IMG/VR virus record: IMGVR_UViG_3300023049_000387
Location: 1 to 64,000 of that record
From: an uncultured virus (IMG/VR IMGVR_UViG_3300023049_000387)
Lineage: Duplodnaviria > Heunggongvirae > Uroviricota > Caudoviricetes
DNA: 64,000 bases
Strand: one strand, 5' to 3'
Under the pieces are notes generated by a model. It ran no database searches. It was not told the DNA's origin and worked only from the letters and a program-made list of their open reading frames with translations. Both the position numbers and the translations under genes were made by a program. Positions 9,520 through 17,442 of the stretch are shown here, in pieces. Positions within the stretch are counted from its first letter, which is position 1. Each line of letters opens with the position of its first letter.

Positions 9520-10067
9520 TTATTCTCAAATGGACTTATCTTAGAATCTATCAAAGACATCAATTCATTGTGTGTTTGTGATAGATTCCTTGATACTAAA
9601 CCATCTAAAATAAATCTAGTTTCTGTCACATACTTGCTGACAAATTTATCACTACCTTGTTCTAAATCTGAGCAATTGTGTAATCTATCAGCTAACTTTA
9701 TAACAAGAGCATAACTAGTCATATTTAGCATTTTATCTAATAAATACTCTGATTTACCTACCTTCTCTATTTTGTTATTATCAGATGTAAGTTCTTCTAC
9801 TATACTACTGACCATTTTTCCAAACTCTTCTTCTATATTACTAATAGTAACATCACAATCTTCAACAGTGTCGTGAAGTAATGCCGCAATACAAATTAGC
9901 TCCTTATTTTTACTCACCTTGACCTCCCTAACTATTTTGCTTACTGCAATTGGGTGCCATGCATATTCTTTGCCAGAAAATTTTCTAAACTGTCCATCGT
10001 GTGCCTCTATCATAAATAATAGAGCCTTTCTTAGCTTTGTTTCTTTTTTAGTTTTCATAGTTGTCAT
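9516..10067 (-). CDS. HD-domain (p)ppGpp hydrolase-like protein (SpoT-HD/Mesh1, small alarmone hydrolase)
   Basis: AHDGQFRK..G.EY.WHP..V, AALLHDTVED, V.ELT, IKLADRLHN. Confidence 0.88.
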   Translation of the reverse strand: MTTMKTKKETKLRKALLFMIEAHDGQFRKFSGKEYAWHPIAVSKIVREVKVSKNKELICIAALLHDTVEDCDVTISNIEEEFGKMVSSIVEELTSDNNKIEKVGKSEYLLDKMLNMTSYALVIKLADRLHNCSDLEQGSDKFVSKYVTETRFILDGLVSRNLSQTHNELMSLIDSKISPFENN

Positions 10068-10154
10068 ATATATTAAACAAATATAACCTTTTTATTTGAT
10101 ATATACAACAGGGGAGATATATACTTTTATATATATAATAAAATATAAAAAATC

Positions 10155-10313
10155 ATGGGTACAAAGAATAAAATGTTTTCATTTAGAATACCACCAAAAT
10201 TATTAGAAGAATATCACGAAATGTGTGATGAGAACTCAATAAACATATCAAAAAGGATTAGAAAGTTCATTGAGCGTGATTTAGAAGGATGGAGAAATAA
10301 GAAAAAGGAATAA
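10155..10313 (+). CDS. ribbon-helix-helix DNA-binding protein (52 aa)
   Basis: not in track; MGTKNKMFSFRIPPKLLEEYHEMCDENSINISKRIRKFIE fits RHH strand-helix-helix pattern. Confidence 0.65.
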   Translation: MGTKNKMFSFRIPPKLLEEYHEMCDENSINISKRIRKFIERDLEGWRNKKKE

Positions 10314-10423
10314 ATTTAATAAAATATTTCATAAATACTTTAATAATTCGAAATATATTCAGTATGTTTGTATCATATAATTTACTACAGATAATAGTAT
10401 TATGAACAAACAAAGAAGTTATT

Positions 10424-10660
10424 ATGAAAAATCTTAAAAAATGGTTTAGAAATTTATCAATTACTAACCTTGCTCACTACTACTGGCTAAAAATAAGAGA
10501 AGAATCAAAAGATAGACATGGTGAAAAATTATGTTATTGTGGACACACTAATAAATGTAGTTGTGATGACCCAGATAAACAAACTTTTAAAGATTCTGTA
10601 AAAAGAGGAACTATAATTATATTTGATAAAAAGAACGGTTGGAAAACTTCCAAAAAATAA
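10424..10660 (+). CDS. hypothetical protein (CxCGHxxxCxC)
   Basis: ORF track; TATGTTTG motif upstream. Confidence 0.55.
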   Translation: MKNLKKWFRNLSITNLAHYYWLKIREESKDRHGEKLCYCGHTNKCSCDDPDKQTFKDSVKRGTIIIFDKKNGWKTSKK

Positions 10661-12001
10661 ATGTAATAAATATAAAACTATGGAATCTAATAAAAAAGAA
10701 ACTAATGGGATATTGTCAGTAGTTCTAAATGTTTTCCTAGTAGCTACAGAAAATAGGCTAATAAGCTTCGCTATCAAAAATAAAGAATTAAGCCCTGAGC
10801 AGACTAGTTATATAGAGTCTGAATACGGCAAAATAGAATCTATCGAAGATGGTAGTAGTGGGTTCACTAAAACTGTTATATACATTTAATAAAATGAACT
10901 ATGTTAATTAGAAAAATGTATACCTTGTACATAAATACAACACTTAGAACTGCATACTTTGGTAATCTAAAGTTTGGATGTAGAATAGGTGGTGCAAAGT
11001 TTGGTAAAGTAATTGATTGTAATTTATCTGATTTGAAACACAACCTAAGAATACTAGCAGAAGAAAATTATTTAATTAATAAACGCACGTATTAAAATGA
11101 AAATAACAAAAGGAACATTCAAATATACTGGTATTAACGATATAGATATTGACTTAGTCACAGACAAGTGGAATCATTTATGGATGCTTGCTGAGTGGAA
11201 AGTAGACAATTCTTGGAAAATAGTCAAATATATTAGAAAAGACTCTCAAAATACCGAGATAAAGCTAACGATATCATGTGAACAAGCAACTGAACTTATT
11301 AAAAACCTTGGCTTAATTAATATTAATACTGGGTTTCAAAGTGGTTACTCTTGGAGGACTAAAAAGGATATGGTGTATTTAGAGAACTGGAGATTGGCAA
11401 GACATAAGAAATTACAGACCAAATTAATAACAAACAACTTTTAAATTATGAAAGATACATTTAGATACTTCATCAGAAAGAACTTCTCTGAGATTGGCGA
11501 AATAAGCAATGAGGATATTGATGAAATCGGAATTGAATTTCACAAGTACTTGGATAGCAAATTAAATGATGACCAAAAGGCTAAAATACTACCAAAAAGT
11601 GCGATTGATGTAATAATGAATAGCGACCACCCACTTAAAACAAACGGATTTGAGCCAGCATATATGCTACATTTTACACAATGGACAAAGGAACAAAGTG
11701 AATCGCAAGACTAGTTAAATGTTTTTATAAATTTTTTGGCTATTAGCTTCTATATTTACACAATAATAATAATAAAACAATGAATAAAGACAATAATTCT
11801 ATTATAGATACTAATGTACCTCTTTTTAAGTATATCGAGATTAAGGATTATGACAATGATAGTGTTGTTAAGCGACTAGATGTAAGCGATAAATCCGATA
11901 GGCGTATAGATACTATCGAAAGTGGGATTGATATAAACTTAAACCATGACCAATACTATACGTTTAGTCATGATAGTGAAGTTGAATTAGAACTCATATG
12001 A
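10623..12001 (+). other. run of small hypothetical early-type ORFs (10623/10680-10889, 10901-11095, 11097-11444, 11448-11714, 11780-12001)
   Basis: tightly packed co-oriented ORFs; no recognisable domains. Confidence 0.55.
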
Positions 12002-12030
12002 AAATAAATTTAAATCTTTTTAAAAAACAC

Positions 12031-12141
12031 TTGTGAGAAACAAATATTAGTTATATATTTGCACAGAACCTAAAATAATTTAAACTTTTAGTAAAAAAAA
12101 GAATATAAATAACCAAAGGAAGAAATAAAATTTAATATATA
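12031..12141 (+). promoter_or_regulatory. compound promoter region of tRNA cluster 3: TATATTTG (12054-12061), AAACTTT..TATAAA (12082-12109), TAATATATA (12133-12141)
   Basis: three recurring motif classes; homologous to 16740-16849. Confidence 0.6.
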
Positions 12142-12147
12142 ATAGTG

Positions 12148-12267
12148 ATGAAAAATTTAAACCTAAATACAAATAGAAACTTAACGCTCAATGTGGTGAA
12201 TATTATGTTATGTAATAGACCATCTAGGGGTTCTAGTGTATTTAATAAATTTCATCTTATGACATAG
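12148..12267 (+). CDS. attenuator leader peptide 2 (39 aa, MKNLNLNTNRNLTLNVVNIMLCNRPSRGSSVFNKFHLMT)
   Basis: codons 3-24 encode only N,L,T,R,V,I,M,C, the amino acids of the downstream array; contains antiterminator TCTAGGGGTT (12223-12232). Confidence 0.78.
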   Translation: MKNLNLNTNRNLTLNVVNIMLCNRPSRGSSVFNKFHLMT

Positions 12268-12290
12268 TGAAATAAAAAATACAAATAACT

Positions 12291-12330
12291 AAAACCCCTA
12301 GAAATGAAAATTCTAGGGGTTTTTTTGTTT
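12291..12330 (+). terminator. attenuator terminator upstream of tRNA cluster
   Basis: AAAACCCCTAGAA-loop-TTCTAGGGGTTTT + T tract ending just before the first tRNA. Confidence 0.88.
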
Positions 12331-12333
12331 TAT

Positions 12334-12418
12334 GCTAGTGTGGTGGAATGGTAGACACGAGGGATTCAAAATCCTTTAATCAGAAATGATTATATGAGTT
12401 CAAATCTCATCATTAGTA
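12334..12418 (+). tRNA. tRNA-Leu(CAA)
   Basis: anticodon arm AGGGA-TTCAAAA-TCCTT, long variable arm. Confidence 0.85.
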
Positions 12419-12430
12419 CATATATTACAA

Positions 12431-12504
12431 TCCTCGTTAGCTCAGTGGTCAGAAGCTCTCGTCTGTTAAACGAAAGGTCGGTGGTTCGAATCCACCACGA
12501 GGAG
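12431..12504 (+). tRNA. tRNA-Asn(GTT)
   Basis: acceptor TCCTCGT/ACGAGGA, anticodon loop CTGTTAA. Confidence 0.9.
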
Positions 12505-12512
12505 CAAATAAT

Positions 12513-12594
12513 CGGCATATACCAGCCCAAGCTGATACCTTGGAGAACTGTAGTTGGTAAGTTGAAAACGTAGGTTCGAGTCCTACTGTGCCGA
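12513..12594 (+). tRNA. non-canonical tRNA-Ile(GAT) lacking a D-arm at the normal position
   Basis: acceptor CGGCATA/TGTGCCG, anticodon arm CCAAG-CTGATAC-CTTGG only 7 nt after the acceptor, perfect T-arm. Confidence 0.7.
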
Positions 12595-12608
12595 CTTTTA
12601 TGACACTT

Positions 12609-12693
12609 GTCGGAGTGGTGGAATGGCAGACACGCTGGGTTTAAGCTCCAGTGGGCAGTGATGTCCGTGAGGGTTCGAGTCCCTTCTCCGATA
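12609..12693 (+). tRNA. tRNA-Leu(TAA)
   Basis: anticodon arm CTGGG-TTTAAGC-TCCAG, long variable arm. Confidence 0.9.
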
Positions 12694-12702
12694 CGAATAA
12701 AT

Positions 12703-12792
12703 GCCAGTGTGGTGAAATTGGATGAAACACGCTAGTCTTAGGAACTAGTACCCAAGAGGTAAACATTGTCGGTTCGAGTCCGACCACTGGTA
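12703..12792 (+). tRNA. tRNA-Leu(TAG)
   Basis: anticodon arm CTAGT-CTTAGGA-ACTAG, long variable arm. Confidence 0.9.
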
Positions 12793-12802
12793 CAAAATAA
12801 AT

Positions 12803-12883
12803 GCCTTAGTAGTCCCGATTGTCTTCTAAACAATTAAGGGTAATTGGAAGCTGAAAATATAGGTTCGAGTCCTATCTAGGGTA
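12803..12883 (+). tRNA. non-canonical tRNA-Arg(TCT) lacking a D-arm at the normal position
   Basis: acceptor GCCTTAG/CTAGGGT, anticodon arm ATTGT-CTTCTAA-ACAAT, perfect T-arm; same layout as 12513-12594. Confidence 0.7.
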
Positions 12884-12892
12884 CAAATAAAA

Positions 12893-12966
12893 AGTTCTGT
12901 AATTCAGGGGTTCAGAATGCTTCCCTTACAAGGAAGAAGTCGTTGGTTCGAATCCAACCAGAACTA
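12893..12966 (+). tRNA. tRNA-Val(TAC)
   Basis: anticodon arm CTTCC-CTTACAA-GGAAG. Confidence 0.9.
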
Positions 12967-12972
12967 CAAAAT

Positions 12973-13044
12973 GTACCTATGACCGAGTGATTTAGGTAGG
13001 TGGCTGCAACCCATCGTACGGGGGTTTGAATCCCTCTAGGTACT
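12973..13044 (+). tRNA. tRNA-Cys(GCA)
   Basis: anticodon loop CTGCAAC, U73 discriminator. Confidence 0.85.
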
Positions 13045-13051
13045 CTAATAT

Positions 13052-13124
13052 GCTGACATAGCTCAATTGGTAGAGCATTTGATTTGTAATCAAAAGGTTG
13101 TGGGTTCGAAGCCCTCTGTCAGCT
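13052..13124 (+). tRNA. tRNA-Thr(TGT)
   Basis: anticodon arm TTTGA-TTTGTAA-TCAAA. Confidence 0.9.
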
Positions 13125-13134
13125 CTGAAAAAAT

Positions 13135-13224
13135 GCACTAGTGGCGAAGTGGATGAAACGCATCAGACTTAAAATCTGATACCCTTTGAGGTGAACAACG
13201 TGGGTTCAAATCCCACCTGGTGTA
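13135..13224 (+). tRNA. tRNA-Leu(TAA)
   Basis: anticodon arm TCAGA-CTTAAAA-TCTGA, long variable arm. Confidence 0.88.
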
Positions 13225-13228
13225 CTAA

Positions 13229-13314
13229 ATCGCTATGAACAGATGTGGTAATTGTGCTTGGCTCATATCCAAGTTAGAGAAATCTTATTGTTGGTTCAAG
13301 TCCAACTAGCGGTA
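13229..13314 (+). tRNA. tRNA with CAT anticodon (Met/Ile2) and enlarged variable arm
   Basis: anticodon arm CTTGG-CTCATAT-CCAAG; extra arm TTAGAGAAATCTTATT. Confidence 0.8.
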
Positions 13315-13316
13315 CA

Positions 13317-13357
13317 AAAAAAGAGGGGATATAATTAATTATATCCCCTCTTTTTTA
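13317..13357. terminator. bidirectional intrinsic terminator
   Basis: AAAAAAGAGGGGATATAAT/ATTATATCCCCTCTTTTTT between convergent units. Confidence 0.85.
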
Positions 13358-13368
13358 TATTATTTGTT

Positions 13369-13800
13369 TTATTTATTTTTAAGACTTTCTATATCATCCC
13401 TTATCTCATCTATATCATCTAAAGATATATCATCCAAATCTTTACCAGCATCACCAGTATTATCTGTTACTACAGGAATAACATCTTCTATCCCTTTATC
13501 TATTTCCTTAGCAATGTAATCATCCCCTGCAATACTCTCTCTTTCTATTTGTAAACAGAACTGTGCTAATACTGCTAAATCATCATTTTTCTGTGCTAAA
13601 TCGAATACTTTGCTATTAAGTTCATATTTTGACATACCTCTAAATTTCTTTCTAGTATAGTAGTCATAGAAATCTTGCTCTTCTCTAGACATAACATTAG
13701 ATGGTTTTCTATCAATACCAAATATCTCTGTCTTTTTAGCTTTTGCAGTTACTGCTTCGCTCACTTTTTTATTGTTAAAGTCTTTATATTTTTTTATCAT
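13369..13800 (-). CDS. hypothetical protein (putative virion-packaged)
   Basis: MIKKYKDFN N-terminus; TAATATATA upstream. Confidence 0.65.
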   Translation of the reverse strand: MIKKYKDFNNKKVSEAVTAKAKKTEIFGIDRKPSNVMSREEQDFYDYYTRKKFRGMSKYELNSKVFDLAQKNDDLAVLAQFCLQIERESIAGDDYIAKEIDKGIEDVIPVVTDNTGDAGKDLDDISLDDIDEIRDDIESLKNK

Positions 13801-13818
13801 ACTCTTATATATTAATTT

Positions 13819-14454
13819 TTATTTACCATTTATTTCTTCAAACTCTTTTTCTAAATAAAGATAAATGTATTTTTTATACCTTTTCTTAATATCATCACTC
13901 ACCGCCCTTGATATTCCCATCCATAGACCAATACTTTTTAATTTAGAAAATGCATCTTTTATATCATTTGGATTTCTTTCCATTATTAGGTCTGTTATAG
14001 ATTGTGAAAAAGCCATTACCTCATCTTTATTCGAAAAATAAGCCTTTTGATCTGAAATGTTTCCTAAAAATTCAAAATTTAAATCAGCTGGTCGTCTCAA
14101 ACCTTGTTTTAAATGTATATTTTCATGCTTTAATACGTGGATAGCAAAACTGATATCATTACTCTCAAGATATCTTACATTATTAGCAAGAACCAATCTA
14201 GGCTTTTTAGTAACTGGGTTTAATAAACCAAATACTTTCATACCATTTGGTGGTGCATCTTCCCTCATTTTATCAGTTGGTAATTCATCATAGAATGTTC
14301 TGTAATAAACAACCTCTATATCATTTTTTGCACCAATTCTTTGTAATTCATCAACACTAATACTCCACTCAGCCTCGACCTCTTTTATAAACTTTTCTAA
14401 ATTATCAGACTTCCAATCTATTATTGCCTCATTAAACTTTTTTAAATGTTTCAT
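13819..14454 (-). CDS. HExxH zincin-like protein with MKHLKKFNE N-terminus
   Basis: HENIH motif, downstream E (DEVMAF). Confidence 0.6.
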   Translation of the reverse strand: MKHLKKFNEAIIDWKSDNLEKFIKEVEAEWSISVDELQRIGAKNDIEVVYYRTFYDELPTDKMREDAPPNGMKVFGLLNPVTKKPRLVLANNVRYLESNDISFAIHVLKHENIHLKQGLRRPADLNFEFLGNISDQKAYFSNKDEVMAFSQSITDLIMERNPNDIKDAFSKLKSIGLWMGISRAVSDDIKKRYKKYIYLYLEKEFEEINGK

Positions 14455-14470
14455 TATTATTCTTTTTTTT

Positions 14471-16696
14471 TTAGAAATTTTCGTTTAATGGAAAATTCTT
14501 TAGATAAATTTTATCATTGGCATTATCACCAAATATTAAATATTTAGAGTCATCACCCAATATATATTGATTCAATACTTTATTATGAGCTTCCTCTGGG
14601 ATAACATCACTAAAAAGTCTTATGTTAGTAACCTTCATATCAGATGCTAATATCTTAGGATTTTTATCAATATTATACTGAATAGGTTCTATGTCTTGTT
14701 TATTATAATACTCTTTTCTCAAAATTGTACTATTAAGCATTTTTGCATCATCTTCTATATCTACATTTCTCTTATATATATAATTTTCAATATACCTTTG
14801 ACGTTGGTTTAAATTTAGCACATAACAATACCAAGTATCTTCCTCTAATGCATCACTTTCCCCATCATTTAACTCAAATATATATTCTTCTTCATTCATA
14901 GTAACTGTAATGCTATCATTCTTTAGACTAGACTTCCATCCTTTATTAATCCCATTGTCATAAACGTCCATAAATTTATAAACTTCATCTTTTATGTAGT
15001 TATTTATACTAAACCAAACTTGTAATGATATGTTGTCAGATACATCAAGTATAGAATTAAAGTTCTTGTATTGAACTGCCAAACCATTATATTCTACTGT
15101 TGATAAATCATAACAATATTTAGATATTATGGTTGTTGAGTTTTCAATAAGTTCTTTATCAACTTCAGAAAAATACTCAAGTCTAATAGGATCTCTAGAT
15201 AAAGGTTGTTGTTCCTTCTTATTAGCAATTGACTTCTTATCTTGTTCTATCTCCTTTCCAAATAGTTCATCAATAGTAGTATTCTTTGTTAACTCACTAA
15301 TGCTATTAGAAATTTCTGGAATATCTGTCTGAACATTTGATTTTTGAGAATATTTTTTGAGAATAAGTTTATAATAAACAGCCGCATTATTAAAATTTCT
15401 AAACTGTTGAGCATGGTCAACTTGATACATTCTATTAACTTGACAAAAATGTATAAAATCTTCTTTAGAAGGTCTTCTCTGGACACCAAACATTTCCTTA
15501 AATTGTTTCTTTGTTATATGTGCTTCCATTGAATCAAATAATCCTAAATCGAATATGTTCATCTTAATCTGTGAGTCTGGAAAATTATTACCATCAATAG
15601 ATATTTTTAAATCTCCCTCACACACAACATTATATAATTGATATTCATTAAGTGTGTGGTCTTGACCATTGGCATCTGGATCAGTTGCATAATAAGTTAC
15701 TTTATGTCCTAGTACTTGTTCAGAGTCTGTACTTAATTTTTCATATAGTTGAGTAGCTTGTGTTTGTTCATAAGGATTATATAACTGAGCCTTGTCTGTA
15801 TCTGTCATTGGTTTAAATGCATCATTCTCACCTTCACAGTTGTTACCTGTTGTGTTTAAATTATCATTCATTATATACTTACCTTCACTGTTTATATAGC
15901 CTATCTGGTTGGATTTACAACATTCTCTTATCCCAAATAGATTACTCTTTTTATAATCTTCCTTAACATTTTGAAAATCTCCTACTAAATTTATGTCTTG
16001 AAACCTAGACACTGATCCCGATTTGTTATCAATAAGATATTCTATTTCAAAGAAACGTATAGGGTTTATCCTTTTGGTTGTTATATTTTCTTTAGTCAAT
16101 GGTTCCCATTCAGTCCAAGTTCTAGAGTTATCTTGTGAGAATCTATACTTTATACTTATGTCATCTAAACTAGTTATATTAATGATTTGTATATCTTCTA
16201 ATTTAAAAACTTTATATATGAAAGGTGCTTTTACTATCTTAGAATCACCTGGCTCTATATAAAATGCTTGTTCACCATTGAATTGTATTTCTTGTCTATC
16301 TATAATACCTTCTAATTTATATTCTAGTATTCTTATACTACCTATTTCAGAAGTTCCCTTTCTCACCCATTTAATTTCAAGGTACATACTATCTAGTGTA
16401 TCAACAACTGGGAAGTTGGTTATATTAATATTTAAGTCTAACCACTCAGACCATGTGTTACCATCTCTGGAAACTCTATAATATTGTAAGAGAAATCTAT
16501 CTTGTTTAAGACCTAAACTATCGTATGTAAATCTTTTGAACTTTTCCACATTATCTAACTTATCAAAAGATAATATGTATTCATCATTGATAGAATTTAG
16601 ATAAGGAGTTTCATCTTCAACACCAGTTGCCATCACGTCATATTCATCTGATATAGTTATTATTCCTTTCTCAAAATCTGAGTTTATATTTACCAT
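14471..16696 (-). CDS. virion structural protein with T4 gp14-like neck domain
   Basis: central QVLGHKVTYY..PSKEDFIHF..MYQV..YYKLILKKY segment recalls gp14-like head completion proteins; late motif upstream. Confidence 0.55.
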   Translation of the reverse strand: MVNINSDFEKGIITISDEYDVMATGVEDETPYLNSINDEYILSFDKLDNVEKFKRFTYDSLGLKQDRFLLQYYRVSRDGNTWSEWLDLNINITNFPVVDTLDSMYLEIKWVRKGTSEIGSIRILEYKLEGIIDRQEIQFNGEQAFYIEPGDSKIVKAPFIYKVFKLEDIQIINITSLDDISIKYRFSQDNSRTWTEWEPLTKENITTKRINPIRFFEIEYLIDNKSGSVSRFQDINLVGDFQNVKEDYKKSNLFGIRECCKSNQIGYINSEGKYIMNDNLNTTGNNCEGENDAFKPMTDTDKAQLYNPYEQTQATQLYEKLSTDSEQVLGHKVTYYATDPDANGQDHTLNEYQLYNVVCEGDLKISIDGNNFPDSQIKMNIFDLGLFDSMEAHITKKQFKEMFGVQRRPSKEDFIHFCQVNRMYQVDHAQQFRNFNNAAVYYKLILKKYSQKSNVQTDIPEISNSISELTKNTTIDELFGKEIEQDKKSIANKKEQQPLSRDPIRLEYFSEVDKELIENSTTIISKYCYDLSTVEYNGLAVQYKNFNSILDVSDNISLQVWFSINNYIKDEVYKFMDVYDNGINKGWKSSLKNDSITVTMNEEEYIFELNDGESDALEEDTWYCYVLNLNQRQRYIENYIYKRNVDIEDDAKMLNSTILRKEYYNKQDIEPIQYNIDKNPKILASDMKVTNIRLFSDVIPEEAHNKVLNQYILGDDSKYLIFGDNANDKIYLKNFPLNENF

Positions 16697-16739
16697 AACT
16701 CTATATATTAAAAAAGATTATTTTAATTTAAAAAAAACC

Positions 16740-16849
16740 TTGTATAAACCATTTATTTATATTATATTTGCATAGAAATAATATAATTCTAAACTTTTAT
16801 AAAAAAAAGTCTATAAATAACCATAGAGAGAAATAAAAGTTAATATATA
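16740..16849 (+). promoter_or_regulatory. compound promoter region of tRNA cluster 4
   Basis: TATATTTG 16763-16770, AAACTTT..TATAAA 16791-16817, TAATATATA 16841-16849. Confidence 0.6.
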
Positions 16850-16856
16850 AAACATA

Positions 16857-16961
16857 ATGAAAAATTTAAACTTAAACATAGTAGTTAACCCTCAACCCCA
16901 AGTTGATATCGATCAGGATTCTGATACGAAAGGTGCTAACTATGTTTTAAATTTAAGTTGA
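16857..16961 (+). CDS. attenuator leader peptide 3 (34 aa, MKNLNLNIVVNPQPQVDIDQDSDTKGANYVLNLS)
   Basis: PQPQVDIDQDSD matches downstream Asp/Gln/Pro tRNAs; antiterminator GCTAACTATGTTTT (16935-16948). Confidence 0.78.
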   Translation: MKNLNLNIVVNPQPQVDIDQDSDTKGANYVLNLS

Positions 16962-16977
16962 TATTTAAATAATAAAA

Positions 16978-17023
16978 ACAAAAACTCGGTTAGTCTTTTA
17001 GATTAACCGAGTTTTTTTTGTTT
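16978..17023 (+). terminator. attenuator terminator upstream of tRNA cluster
   Basis: AAAACTCGGTTAGTCT-TTT-AGATTAACCGAGTTTT + T tract. Confidence 0.88.
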
Positions 17024-17027
17024 ATAT

Positions 17028-17100
17028 AGCTCTGAGGTCAAATGGTTAAGATGTACGTCTGTCTCACGTAACGGAGTGGGTTCGATTCCCATCAGAGCTG
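17028..17100 (+). tRNA. tRNA-Asp(GTC)
   Basis: anticodon arm TACGT-CTGTCTC-ACGTA, G73. Confidence 0.88.
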
Positions 17101-17112
17101 CTAATATTAAAT

Positions 17113-17186
17113 TGCCCCATAGTGTAATTGGCTAACACATCTGGTTTTGGTCCAGAAGATTGCAGGTTCGAACCCTGCTGGGGTAA
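17113..17186 (+). tRNA. tRNA-Gln(TTG)
   Basis: anticodon arm TCTGG-TTTTGGT-CCAGA. Confidence 0.9.
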
Positions 17187-17195
17187 CAAGTTAAT

Positions 17196-17269
17196 CGAGA
17201 AGTGACTAAGGTTATAAGCACGGGTGCATTGGAGGCATCAGTTAGCAGGTTCGATTCCTGTCTTCTCGA
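17196..17269 (+). tRNA. tRNA-Pro(TGG)
   Basis: acceptor CGAGAAG/CTTCTCG, anticodon loop ATTGGAG; atypical D-arm. Confidence 0.75.
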
Positions 17270-17281
17270 CAAATTTTTAAT

Positions 17282-17353
17282 AGTCCATTAGTGTAAAGGT
17301 TATCATTTCCGACTGTCTCTCGGAAGATAGGGGTTCGAATCCCCTATGGACTG
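17282..17353 (+). tRNA. tRNA-Asp(GTC)
   Basis: anticodon arm TCCGA-CTGTCTC-TCGGA. Confidence 0.9.
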
Positions 17354-17359
17354 CAAAAA

Positions 17360-17433
17360 TGCTCTATAGTGTAATTGGTTAACACGTCTGGCTTTGGTCC
17401 AGGAGATTGTAGGTTCGAACCCTACTGGGGCAA
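17360..17433 (+). tRNA. tRNA-Gln(TTG)
   Basis: anticodon arm TCTGG-CTTTGGT-CCAGG. Confidence 0.9.
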
Positions 17434-17442
17434 CAAGTATAG

